This document shows, piece after piece, positions 1 through 8,124 of a DNA stretch of 64,000 nt. How positions within the stretch are numbered: position 1 is the stretch's first letter; each line of letters opens with the position of its first letter. This stretch comes from an uncultured Ignavibacteriales bacterium (GTDB lineage: Bacteria > Zixibacteria > MSB-5A5 > GN15 > FEB-12): assembly GCA_964627305.1 (NCBI GenBank), contig CAZVHP010000001.1, forward strand, positions 454,171 through 518,170. Direction: 5' to 3'. The position numbers and the translations under genes are program-made. A model generated the notes under the pieces. It was not told the DNA's origin and ran no database searches. It was given only the letters and a program-made list of their open reading frames with translations.

Positions 1-2
1 AC

Positions 3-590
3 TACCCCATTGATGAGCGCATCATTCTGCCCATTCTCGAAAACCACGCCATCGACAGCCTGCACCGCATCTTCATCCTCTCTGCCGATTATGTTGCCCT
101 CGAAGACCTGCTGCGCCTGGCTGACCGCTCCGGCACCGACAGGGTCCTGCTTCATCCTCGCCTGCTGCCCAGTGCCCAGGACCTTCGCCTCCAGCAAGCT
201 CTCGGCCAAAACCTCAGCGACCTCGCCGTCTGGAGCGGGCAACCGGCCCGGCCCGACGCCGATGGCTATTATCCCTCCGGCAATCGTCTCGACCTGGTCA
301 TTGCCGACCGAAAAATCACCTTCCTCGCCGACCTCCACCAATCGCCCGAAACCCTGCCCGAATCTGAGCTGATCATCCTCGGCGCCCGCCTGAATCCGGC
401 CGAACACTCCGCCGTGCTTGACGCCCTCCATTCAGGCCATACCCTTGTCTGTGCACGGCTTGAACAGCATCCCGACACTGCCGACGTGCTCAAAGACAGC
501 CGCCCAACCATCATCGATCTCACCCGCGACGGGTACGGCCGCTTCTCCCTGGAGAACAACCCCGATCGGCTCGCCCCCATACCGGATTAG
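3..590 (+). CDS. hypothetical protein, C-terminal fragment (5' end outside window)
   Basis: Frame 3 is open from the window edge to TAG 588-590 (196 codons, YPIDERIILPILENH...RLAPIPD). Codon usage is GC3-rich like the neighbours. It is absent from the ORF track only because no start codon lies in the window. No family recognised. Confidence 0.5.
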   Translation, partial: YPIDERIILPILENHAIDSLHRIFILSADYVALEDLLRLADRSGTDRVLLHPRLLPSAQDLRLQQALGQNLSDLAVWSGQPARPDADGYYPSGNRLDLVIADRKITFLADLHQSPETLPESELIILGARLNPAEHSAVLDALHSGHTLVCARLEQHPDTADVLKDSRPTIIDLTRDGYGRFSLENNPDRLAPIPD

Positions 591-695
591 TACTCGAAAC
601 AGCATCAAGATATCACCCCTCCGGCCCGATAACTATAGAGAAGTGGTACCATTTCTCTAAACCGGCGCGCCCGCGCCTCTGGATAGGATAGCTCA

Positions 696-1892
696 ATGGG
701 ATTGTCCGGTAATCTCAAAACAGTCTCTTTCCCCGACATCCTTCAGTTGCTGGCAACCGGCAAGAAGAGTGGCGTCCTCGAGGTCGGCACGCAGAGTCGG
801 CAGAAAGAAGTAGCCTTCAAAGGTGGCAACATCATCTTCGCCAGTGCCGTCAACAGCTCCGAGGACCTGCTCGGAAACATGCTCCTGCGGCGAGGCAAAC
901 TCTCCAAAGTCGACCTCGACAAGGCCATCACCCTGCACCGTCAGACAGGTCGGCAACTCGGCACAACCCTCGTCGACATGGGGCTGTTCTCCAAGGAAGA
1001 AATCGCCGAATGCCTCAAGCTGCAGATCGAAGAGATCGTCTACAACCTCTTCTCGTGGCAGGAAGGCGAGTTCATCTTTCACGAGGGAGCCTCGCCCACC
1101 AACGCCCCGTTCCTGGTCGAACTGAGCACCATGAACGTCATCATGGAAGGCACCCGGCGCATCGACGAATGGCTCGAGATCCAGAAAGTCCTCCCGCCCG
1201 ATGATGTCCTGCTCGCCCTCAACAAAAACCCCAAAATCAACCGCGAGGAAATCACCCTCTCGCTCGATGAGTACAAAGTCCTGACCCTCATCAACGGCGA
1301 GCGCACCCTCCCGGACCTGATCAACGCTTCTCCAATGGGCGAGTTTGTCACCTGCCGATCCATCTACCGCCTGATCGTCAACAAGATGGTCGAGGTCGTC
1401 GGCCGCCGCGAAGAAACCGCCAAAGAAGATGAGGAAGAGGTCATCCTCTCGCTGATCTTCACCATGTTCAACAACTGCTTCGTGAAGATCAGAGCCATTG
1501 TCGAACAGATCGTCGGCGAGGACAACAAGCGCTTCAATGCCTTCGTTGCCCAGTACCGCTCCGGCCTTCTGCGATTCTTCCCCGGTATGGGCGAAGACAG
1601 CGAGATCAAACCCTCCTACGACAAATTCCTGTCCTCCGTGCGCGCCCTGCCGCCGACCACCCGGTACCACCACCTCATGTACGGACTGCAAACCATGCTC
1701 TCCGAACAACTGGAATTCGTCTTCCAGCTTGTCGGTGAGGGTCCCTTCCGGGAAGCCCTCATCACTGTCAAAAAAGAAATGTCCGAACCGCTCGCCCTCA
1801 GGCGAGAACTCGTCAAACGGTACGGACTCGAAGATAGCTTCTTCAAAACACTCAAGCGGGCCGACAAAGTGGTCAAAATGATCAGAGGTTGA
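696..1892 (+). CDS. PATAN/DUF4388 domain protein (MglA/Roadblock-associated)
   Basis: 398-aa ORF. The N-terminus GNLKTVSFPDILQLLATGKKSGVLEV...VAFKGGNIIFA matches the DUF4388/PATAN signature as I know it. Roadblock and MglA genes lie immediately downstream, which fits the known association of this domain. Confidence 0.75.
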   Translation: MGLSGNLKTVSFPDILQLLATGKKSGVLEVGTQSRQKEVAFKGGNIIFASAVNSSEDLLGNMLLRRGKLSKVDLDKAITLHRQTGRQLGTTLVDMGLFSKEEIAECLKLQIEEIVYNLFSWQEGEFIFHEGASPTNAPFLVELSTMNVIMEGTRRIDEWLEIQKVLPPDDVLLALNKNPKINREEITLSLDEYKVLTLINGERTLPDLINASPMGEFVTCRSIYRLIVNKMVEVVGRREETAKEDEEEVILSLIFTMFNNCFVKIRAIVEQIVGEDNKRFNAFVAQYRSGLLRFFPGMGEDSEIKPSYDKFLSSVRALPPTTRYHHLMYGLQTMLSEQLEFVFQLVGEGPFREALITVKKEMSEPLALRRELVKRYGLEDSFFKTLKRADKVVKMIRG

Positions 1893-1899
1893 TAGTGAT

Positions 1900-2262
1900 A
1901 TGAAACGTACCCTGTTCACAACCGGTATGATCGCCCTGCTGGCGTCTTCCACCACCCATGCCGCCAACGTCGCTGTGATAGCCTCCCCGCCAACCCTGCT
2001 CGATACCCTCGTGCTCGGTCTGGCTGTCTTCGCCACCGTCACCTCCCTGAAGGTGTTCGATCTGGTGCGGGGGGGACTGCTCAGCAAAAGCTGGCAGTTC
2101 TTTGCCGGAGGCTTCGCCGCCCTGGCTCTGGCACAACTCATGCGTATACTGAACGCCATGGAGATATTCAATCTCCCGACTTTTGTTGTGCCGGCCATCG
2201 TAATGATTATGATAGGTCTGTTCATCATGGGTGTGATTCAGACCAAAAAGACGCTCGGATAG
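1900..2262 (+). CDS. small membrane protein, unknown function
   Basis: 120-aa ORF starting 8 nt after the previous stop. It has a signal-like N-terminus (MKRTLFTTGMIALLASSTTHA) plus further hydrophobic helices. No family recognised. Confidence 0.5.
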   Translation: MKRTLFTTGMIALLASSTTHAANVAVIASPPTLLDTLVLGLAVFATVTSLKVFDLVRGGLLSKSWQFFAGGFAALALAQLMRILNAMEIFNLPTFVVPAIVMIMIGLFIMGVIQTKKTLG

Positions 2263-2275
2263 CGCGACAATTGAG

Positions 2276-2304
2276 TTGACACAACTGATTGCGGCTGTTA
2301 TCTT
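2276..2304 (+). promoter_or_regulatory. candidate sigma70-type promoter TTGACA-N17-TATCTT
   Basis: TTGACA at 2276-2281, 17-nt spacer, TATCTT at 2299-2304, located in the 106-nt gap upstream of the TPR-Roadblock gene. Motif match only. Confidence 0.3.
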
Positions 2305-2368
2305 TACGTGTTACGACAAACTTTTGCTCCCGGTAAACCACTAAGAGCAAAGCAGTTACGAGCCAGCG

Positions 2369-3223
2369 ATGCCGAAGACACCGGAATTAGACGAACGCAT
2401 TAGCAAATGCCAGAAAATCCTCGATGAGGACCCCAATTCCCAGATCTTTGCCGCTCTGGCTGAGGCCCTCCGAAGGAAAGGCGAACTCGACAAGGCCTTC
2501 CAGGTCTGCCAGAACGGGCTGCGGATACATCCGTCCTATGGCTCGGCTCATCTGGTCATGGCCAAGGTCAACCTCGATCGCGGCCAGTACGACTGGGCCG
2601 AAATAGAGGCCCGCAAGGCAGCCGAAGTCGATGGCTATACGCGCGCCGTCGAACTGCTGCTGGCCGAGGTCTATATCTACAAAGGCGAGTTCTCGGCCGC
2701 GATCAAGATGCTCAAGCGCCTCCACCAGGCCGACCCCCAGAACACACAGATCACCAAACTGCTTGAGATCGCCCGCCGTCTGCCCGAGGAACAACGCCAA
2801 CTGGCACCACAGGCAGCCCAAACAGCCTCGGTCCAGCACGAGGCCGCCCAGGGGAAAGCCACTACTCGCCTCGAAACTGCTCTCAGTTCACAAGCCATCG
2901 TTCAGGCTGCCATCACCTTCGATGGCGTCGCCGGCAGCGCCTTCGTCGAATCCGATGGCGCCCTCAGGCATCTGGAGTGGGCCTCGTCCGTCCTTGATGG
3001 CCGCCTGGCCGCATCCTCCATGACACAACTCATTCGGCAGATGGGAAGCGAACTGGTCAAAACCGCCTTCGGGCGGGTCGAGTCTCTGCTGGTGGAGTGC
3101 CACAAGGAGTGTTTTTATGTGGTCCCGGCCCACGATGGCGCCTTTCTTTTTCTGGTGGACCAGGTAGCCCAACTGGGCTCCTTCAAGATGAAAATTGAAG
3201 GCCTGCTCGGCAGGTATCAATAG
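2369..3223 (+). CDS. TPR repeat protein with C-terminal Roadblock/LC7-like domain
   Basis: 284 aa. The N-terminal half has TPR-like repeats (ALAEALRRKGELDKAFQVCQNGLRIHP; AEVYIYKGEFSAAIKMLKRLHQADP). The C-terminal ~105 aa (ITFDGVAGSAFVESDGALRH...FLFLVDQVAQLGSFKMKIEGLL) follow the Roadblock/LC7 pattern. Confidence 0.65.
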   Translation: MPKTPELDERISKCQKILDEDPNSQIFAALAEALRRKGELDKAFQVCQNGLRIHPSYGSAHLVMAKVNLDRGQYDWAEIEARKAAEVDGYTRAVELLLAEVYIYKGEFSAAIKMLKRLHQADPQNTQITKLLEIARRLPEEQRQLAPQAAQTASVQHEAAQGKATTRLETALSSQAIVQAAITFDGVAGSAFVESDGALRHLEWASSVLDGRLAASSMTQLIRQMGSELVKTAFGRVESLLVECHKECFYVVPAHDGAFLFLVDQVAQLGSFKMKIEGLLGRYQ

Positions 3224-3242
3224 CGGTGAGGATACTCTTGTT

Positions 3243-4250
3243 ATGAAAATTCCCGGGAATATCACCAGACAAACAGTCCTCTTCTCGTTAATCGCGATCA
3301 TTGCTCCAATGGTGGCTTTCCCCGAGCTGTTCGGTACGAGCCTCGTCAAGGCGTCTTTGACTTTTGCCCTCGGCGAACTGGTGTTCTATGCCATCGTCGT
3401 CTTCGCCATGAATCCCCGCCTGACCCTCATGCAGGTGGCACAGGCGGCCGGACTTTGCCTCGGTTTCCGGCTGTTCCTTGGCGCCGCCTTCGGGCTGTCT
3501 ATCGTTATTCCCTACGCCTACGAGCTGTCCAACGCCCTCAGTATGGGCCTTTCGAACTACCTGCCCGGCATCGCTCTGCATGTCGTGGCCACCCCGCTCA
3601 TTCTCAGGCCGATTATCAGGGTCATGTACTACACCGAGGATGACGAGGACGAACTCGAATCCGAAACACCCGCCACCCCCTCGGCCGGACACTCAGTGCG
3701 ACGTCACCAGTCATCTTTGCATTCCGAACCGGCGCGCAACGAAACGACCTTTCCCGCCGCCGATCTCACCGAGCAGGTGGGACTGGCCGGACCGGTCCGC
3801 TCCGAGAAAGCCGCACCAACCGAACACCCTGTGCATACCCTGCCGGCCGACCTCAATGGTTTCGAACGGGCCACCCGCTATATCGGTGAACACGGTGCCG
3901 TCAGGGTAGCCACCGTTGTCGACTCCGAAGGGCTGACCATGGCCCGGTTCGAACGCGGCGAAGACACTGCTGAGCAGTGGGCTCCCTTTGCCCAGTCGTT
4001 CATGGCCTCCACTAGGGAGGTCCTAAGACGGGCACAACACAAGGCCCCGGAAAGAATCGATATCACGCTCAAAGAACAGCGTGTCGTTATAGCACAGGAG
4101 GGAGGATTCAGCCTCATGGTGATCGCGGAACGGCACAGCGATGACCTGCTGGGCATTCGCATCAACCAGGGACTGGATACCATCAGGAAATATGTAGCGG
4201 AGAAGTATGGGCACGAAGTGTTCGCCAATGCGGAGTACGACCATGTATGA
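3243..4250 (+). CDS. membrane-anchored Roadblock/LC7 domain protein
   Basis: Track ORF 3195-4250 trimmed to ATG 3243 (GGTGAGGA about 10 nt upstream). About four N-terminal hydrophobic helices are followed by an acidic/Pro-rich linker and a C-terminal Roadblock-like domain (GAVRVATVVDSEGLTMARF...GFSLMVIAERHSDDLLGIRINQGL). Confidence 0.65.
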   Translation: MKIPGNITRQTVLFSLIAIIAPMVAFPELFGTSLVKASLTFALGELVFYAIVVFAMNPRLTLMQVAQAAGLCLGFRLFLGAAFGLSIVIPYAYELSNALSMGLSNYLPGIALHVVATPLILRPIIRVMYYTEDDEDELESETPATPSAGHSVRRHQSSLHSEPARNETTFPAADLTEQVGLAGPVRSEKAAPTEHPVHTLPADLNGFERATRYIGEHGAVRVATVVDSEGLTMARFERGEDTAEQWAPFAQSFMASTREVLRRAQHKAPERIDITLKEQRVVIAQEGGFSLMVIAERHSDDLLGIRINQGLDTIRKYVAEKYGHEVFANAEYDHV

Positions 4251-4590
4251 TATTCTGAGTGAGCTAAATAAGACCAGCGGCGTAACCGGTTCAATGGTTG
4301 TTGGCAACGACGGCATCGTCATTGCCGCTGACATGGACGCCTCGTTCGAGGGAGAGACGGTCGGCGCCCTGGCGGCATCGATCAGCGCCAATATCCAAAA
4401 ATCCCTCGAACGACTGAACACCAGCCCGCTGAATCAGGTCACCATCGAGGCCGATAACGGCAAGCTGTTCTTCAGCGATGCCAGCATCGGTATCCTCGTC
4501 GTCACCACCGAGAAGAGTGTCAATCTGGGGTTGATCCGCCTTGAGATCAAGAACGCCATCTCCAGGCTGGCCGCAGTAAACCAGCAATAG
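4243..4590 (+). CDS. Roadblock/LC7 domain protein (MglB/MglC-like paralog)
   Basis: Track ORF 4207-4590 trimmed to ATG 4243, which overlaps the upstream stop (ATGTATGA). It is 115 aa, and the whole length fits the Roadblock pattern (VTGSMVVGNDGIVIAADMD...GILVVTTEKSVNLGLIRLEIKN). Confidence 0.75.
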   Translation: MYDILSELNKTSGVTGSMVVGNDGIVIAADMDASFEGETVGALAASISANIQKSLERLNTSPLNQVTIEADNGKLFFSDASIGILVVTTEKSVNLGLIRLEIKNAISRLAAVNQQ

Positions 4591-4615
4591 CGCGAAAGCA
4601 GCAGGAAACGACTCT

Positions 4616-5686
4616 ATGGTCTCGATCAACTACTCCTCACGCGAAGTCTGCTGCAAGATCGTCTATTACGGTCCCGGGTTGTCGGGTAAGACAACCAACC
4701 TGCAGTATGTGCACAGCAAGGTGCCCCAGGATACCCGGGGTAACCTCATATCCCTGGCCACCGAGGCCGACCGCACCCTGTATTTTGATTTCTTGCCCAT
4801 CAATATCGGCGCCATCAACGGTTTTGCAGCGAGATTTCAACTCTACACCGTCCCCGGTCAGGTCTACTACAACGCCACCCGGAAACTCGTCCTGCGTGGT
4901 GTCGATGGGGTCGTCTTCGTCGCCGACAGCCAGCCCGACAAGATGGATGAGAACATCGAATCCCTCATGAATCTCGAGGAAAACCTCAGGGAATACGGCT
5001 ACGATCTGACCGAACTGCCCTTCGTCATCCAGTACAATAAACGCGATCTGCCAGGGGTCCTCACCGTTGAACAACTGCAGGAAAAGCTTAACCCCAACCG
5101 CTGGCCGCATTTCGAGGCCTCCGCTACCATAGGCAACGGTGTTTTCGATACCCTCAAAATGATCATCAAGCTGGTGCTCGAGAAAGCCAAACGTACCGGA
5201 TCGGCCAAGGCCCGGCCCCTGAGCACCTCCGAGCCGGCCGCAGCGCCGGCACCGTCGAGCACTGCTCCTCAGGATGCATCGCCGACTGCCGCTGCTCGCC
5301 CGGAACCCGCGCCCCAGCCCCCGGAACCACACCGGACGCAACCCCAGCCGGCTACGGTCGCAGCGCGCGAACCACAGCTCCAACCGGTTGGACAAACGCA
5401 CTCATCCAGCGGTCCGGCACAGCAACCACAGTACCGACCCTACCCCGGAAGCACCGGCACCACTGTCCAGGCACCGCAGAAAAAGATCTCTCCGACTGCC
5501 TTTACGCCGGCCGGGCAGGACGAATCGGAAGACGCAACGCTGGAGCGTAACGTCGTCGCTGCAGATCGTGCCAAAGCCGACCCCGACCGTCACGAGACCG
5601 GTGCCTCGCCGGCAATGGCTCCCCCGAAGCGCCGCAAGGATAACAAGAAGCGCGGCTTCTTCAAACGCTTGTTCGGAATTAAATAG
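4616..5686 (+). CDS. mglA: MglA Ras-like motility/polarity GTPase with long C-terminal extension
   Basis: 356 aa. Residues 1-192 are colinear by eye with Myxococcus xanthus MglA (INYSSRE, CKIVYYGPGLSGKTTNLQY, DRTLYFDFLP, YTVPGQVYY, GVDGVVFVADSQ, IQYNKRDLP, GVFDTLK). Residues 193-356 are a Pro/Ala/Gln-rich tail absent from the canonical ~195-aa MglA. Confidence 0.9.
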   Translation: MVSINYSSREVCCKIVYYGPGLSGKTTNLQYVHSKVPQDTRGNLISLATEADRTLYFDFLPINIGAINGFAARFQLYTVPGQVYYNATRKLVLRGVDGVVFVADSQPDKMDENIESLMNLEENLREYGYDLTELPFVIQYNKRDLPGVLTVEQLQEKLNPNRWPHFEASATIGNGVFDTLKMIIKLVLEKAKRTGSAKARPLSTSEPAAAPAPSSTAPQDASPTAAARPEPAPQPPEPHRTQPQPATVAAREPQLQPVGQTHSSSGPAQQPQYRPYPGSTGTTVQAPQKKISPTAFTPAGQDESEDATLERNVVAADRAKADPDRHETGASPAMAPPKRRKDNKKRGFFKRLFGIK

Positions 5687-5703
5687 TCATCAGGAGGCCA
5701 TAG

Positions 5704-6198
5704 ATGTCTGACGACAGTCTCATTATCTACGAAGAGGAAATCGCCCAGATTGACAGCGTCATCTCGCGTATGCTCAAAGGGGCGGAGGCCAAATGCGGCC
5801 TGCTGGTGGACAAGGATGGTCATCTGATCACCCGCCAGGGTTTCACTCAGACGCTGGATACCACCGCACTCGCGGCGCTGCTGGCAGGTTCCTTTGCGTC
5901 CACACGGGAAATCGCCCGCCTCGTCGGCGAGCCCGAGTTCTCGGTGCTGTTTCACCAGGGTAAGAAGGACCACATCCACATGTCCCTGGTCGGAGAACGA
6001 TCCATCCTCGTGGTCATCTTCGATGACCGCACCACCATTGGAATGGTACGCCTGTACGCCAGGGAGGCGGCTCAGGATCTGGCGCGGCTGTTCGAAACCC
6101 TCAAGGACGACAACCGCCAACCTCAGCAGCAGCAGGGCCTGTCGGACAACTTCGCCGATATGGCCGGAGACAGACTGGACGACATCTTCCAGGACTGA
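5704..6198 (+). CDS. mglB: MglB, Roadblock/LC7-family GAP of MglA
   Basis: 164 aa, colinear by eye with M. xanthus MglB (YEEE..I..V..R, LLVDKDGHLIT, DTTALAALLAG, FHQGKKDHIHMSLVG, ILVVIFDDRTTIGMVRL, acidic C-terminal tail ending DDIFQD). Confidence 0.85.
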   Translation: MSDDSLIIYEEEIAQIDSVISRMLKGAEAKCGLLVDKDGHLITRQGFTQTLDTTALAALLAGSFASTREIARLVGEPEFSVLFHQGKKDHIHMSLVGERSILVVIFDDRTTIGMVRLYAREAAQDLARLFETLKDDNRQPQQQQGLSDNFADMAGDRLDDIFQD

Positions 6199-6219
6199 GA
6201 ACAGGAAATAGACCACACA

Positions 6220-6251
6220 CCCGGCGCCCGAACCACCAACGGGCCGCCGGG
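6220..6251 (+). terminator. GC-rich hairpin between mglB and pilB (possible attenuator; no U-tract)
   Basis: CCCGGCGCCCG (6220-6230) pairs with CGGGCCGCCGGG (6240-6251) with one bulge and a 9-nt loop. No T-run follows, so function as an intrinsic terminator is doubtful. Confidence 0.25.
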
Positions 6252-6283
6252 CGCATCACCGCACAGGCATAACGGGCAGAAAC

Positions 6284-7981
6284 ATGGCATCGTCTGAACT
6301 CGGCGCTATTCTCGTTAAGGCCGGCAAGATTACTGAGGAGCAAGCTCAGCAAGCTGTCGAGTTAGCGAAGAAAGGCAATAAGAAATTCGAGACGGCGCTC
6401 GTCGAAATCGGCGCCGTCGCCAATGAAGACGAGCTGGCCAAATTTATCGGCAAGCACCTCAAGATTGGCGCTCTCCGGCTGGCCGATGTCGAGTTGAACC
6501 CCGAGGTCGTCAAGCTCATCCCCGTCGACATTGCCCGCAAGTTCAAAGTCATCGCCATCTCCAAACTAAACAAGACCCTGCTCGTTGCCATCAGCGATCC
6601 GAACAACGTCTATGTCCTCGATGCCATCAAGTTCATCACCGGCTGTGTCGTCCAGCCCGTCCTCTCGCCGGAAAACGCCATCGAGAAGGCCATTGAGGCC
6701 TACTACAAGGACTCCGGCGCCCTCAGCGAAATCGTCAAGGGACTCGAAAACGATGCCGACCTCGAAGTCGTTGAACAGGAAGAAGGCCCTTCCGAAAGCG
6801 ACCTGCTCAGCGCCATCTCCGACAAACCCCTCGTCAAGCTCGTCGACTCCATCATCTCCGATGCCATCCGCATGGGTGCCTCCGATATTCACATCGAATG
6901 CTACGAGAAGCGCATCCGAGTACGCTACCGCATCGATGGCGACTTGCAGGAAATGGCCCCGCTGCCGTTCAAGTATCGCGCGGCTATCATCTCCCGCGTG
7001 AAAATCATGGCCGATCTGGACATCTCCGAACGACGCATCCCCCAGGATGGACGCATCAAGATCAAGGTGCATGGACGTACCATCGACCTGCGCGTCTCCG
7101 TCCTGCCTACCATCTTCGGAGAGAAGGTCGTGATGCGAATTCTGGATCCGGCCTCCCTCATGGTAGACATGACCAAGCTCGGCTTCCGCGAGGAAGATCT
7201 CAAGCGGTTCCAGAACAAACTTGCGTCTCCCTACGGTATCATCCTGGTCACCGGCCCAACCGGCTCCGGTAAGACTACTACCCTGTACTCGGCCCTCAAA
7301 CAACTGAATACCGTCGACGTCAACATAATGACCGCAGAAGACCCGGTCGAGTTTAACTTCGATGGCATCAATCAGGTTGCCGTGCGCTCCGCCATCGGTA
7401 TGACCTTCGCCGCCGCGCTGCGCTCCTTCCTGCGACAGGACCCCGATATCATCATGGTCGGTGAGATTCGCGACACAGAAACCGGTGAGATCGCTATCCG
7501 CGCCGCCCTCACCGGTCACCTCGTATTCTCAACCCTCCACACCAACGACGCCCCCTCATCGGTAACCCGCATGATGGACATGGGTATCCCCAATTACCTC
7601 GTTGCTTCCGCGACTCGGCTGATCATGGCCCAACGTATGACGCGCAAGATCTGCCAGCATTGCAAGGAAGAAGTCAACCTCACCCCCGAGCAGGTGGAAA
7701 GCCTCGGCGTCCCCAAAGAACTGCTGCGGAATATCCGCGCCTTCCAGGGCACCGGGTGCAGCCAGTGCAACGATACCGGGCTGTCCGGACGAACCGGCAT
7801 CTACGAAGTCATGCCCGTCACTCCGGCCATAGAGAAACTCATCCTCGCCAAGACCTCCGATCAGGAAATCAAAGAACAGGCTCTGGCCGAAGGCATGTAC
7901 AGCCTGCGCATGTGCGCCGTCGAGAAGATGAAACAGGGCATCATCTCCATCGACGAGGTTTTCGCCGTTACTACCGACTAA
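6284..7981 (+). CDS. pilB: type IV pilus assembly ATPase PilB (GspE family)
   Basis: 565 aa. It has an N-terminal T2SSE_N-like domain, Walker A GPTGSGKTTT, Walker B/Asp box IIMVGEIRD, His box GHLVFSTLHTND and the tetracysteine CQHC...CSQC typical of PilB/GspE. Confidence 0.9.
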   Translation: MASSELGAILVKAGKITEEQAQQAVELAKKGNKKFETALVEIGAVANEDELAKFIGKHLKIGALRLADVELNPEVVKLIPVDIARKFKVIAISKLNKTLLVAISDPNNVYVLDAIKFITGCVVQPVLSPENAIEKAIEAYYKDSGALSEIVKGLENDADLEVVEQEEGPSESDLLSAISDKPLVKLVDSIISDAIRMGASDIHIECYEKRIRVRYRIDGDLQEMAPLPFKYRAAIISRVKIMADLDISERRIPQDGRIKIKVHGRTIDLRVSVLPTIFGEKVVMRILDPASLMVDMTKLGFREEDLKRFQNKLASPYGIILVTGPTGSGKTTTLYSALKQLNTVDVNIMTAEDPVEFNFDGINQVAVRSAIGMTFAAALRSFLRQDPDIIMVGEIRDTETGEIAIRAALTGHLVFSTLHTNDAPSSVTRMMDMGIPNYLVASATRLIMAQRMTRKICQHCKEEVNLTPEQVESLGVPKELLRNIRAFQGTGCSQCNDTGLSGRTGIYEVMPVTPAIEKLILAKTSDQEIKEQALAEGMYSLRMCAVEKMKQGIISIDEVFAVTTD

Positions 7982-8124
7982 CCCAACTCCTTTTTGAACC
8001 CATTGACCCCCAACAAGTTATAATCCGGCGCCGAACGCTTTTCAGTCAAGATTCGCGCTCTTTCGCCGATATACATACTGTAGACCCCTGACGGCCCGAA
8101 ATTCAGCTATGTCGGAGAATACCT

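Noticed and set aside
693-2228. 511-aa ORF antisense to the PATAN gene and the small membrane-protein gene
   Set aside because: It fully overlaps a well-supported plus-strand gene. The product is a D/E/G/V/F-rich low-complexity string with no motifs. Long antisense ORFs are expected in GC3-rich genes.
7994-8024. TTGAAC-N19-TATAAT upstream of pilT as a promoter
   Set aside because: The 19-nt spacer is longer than functional sigma70 promoters usually tolerate. pilT may simply be co-transcribed with pilB, so it is left unannotated.
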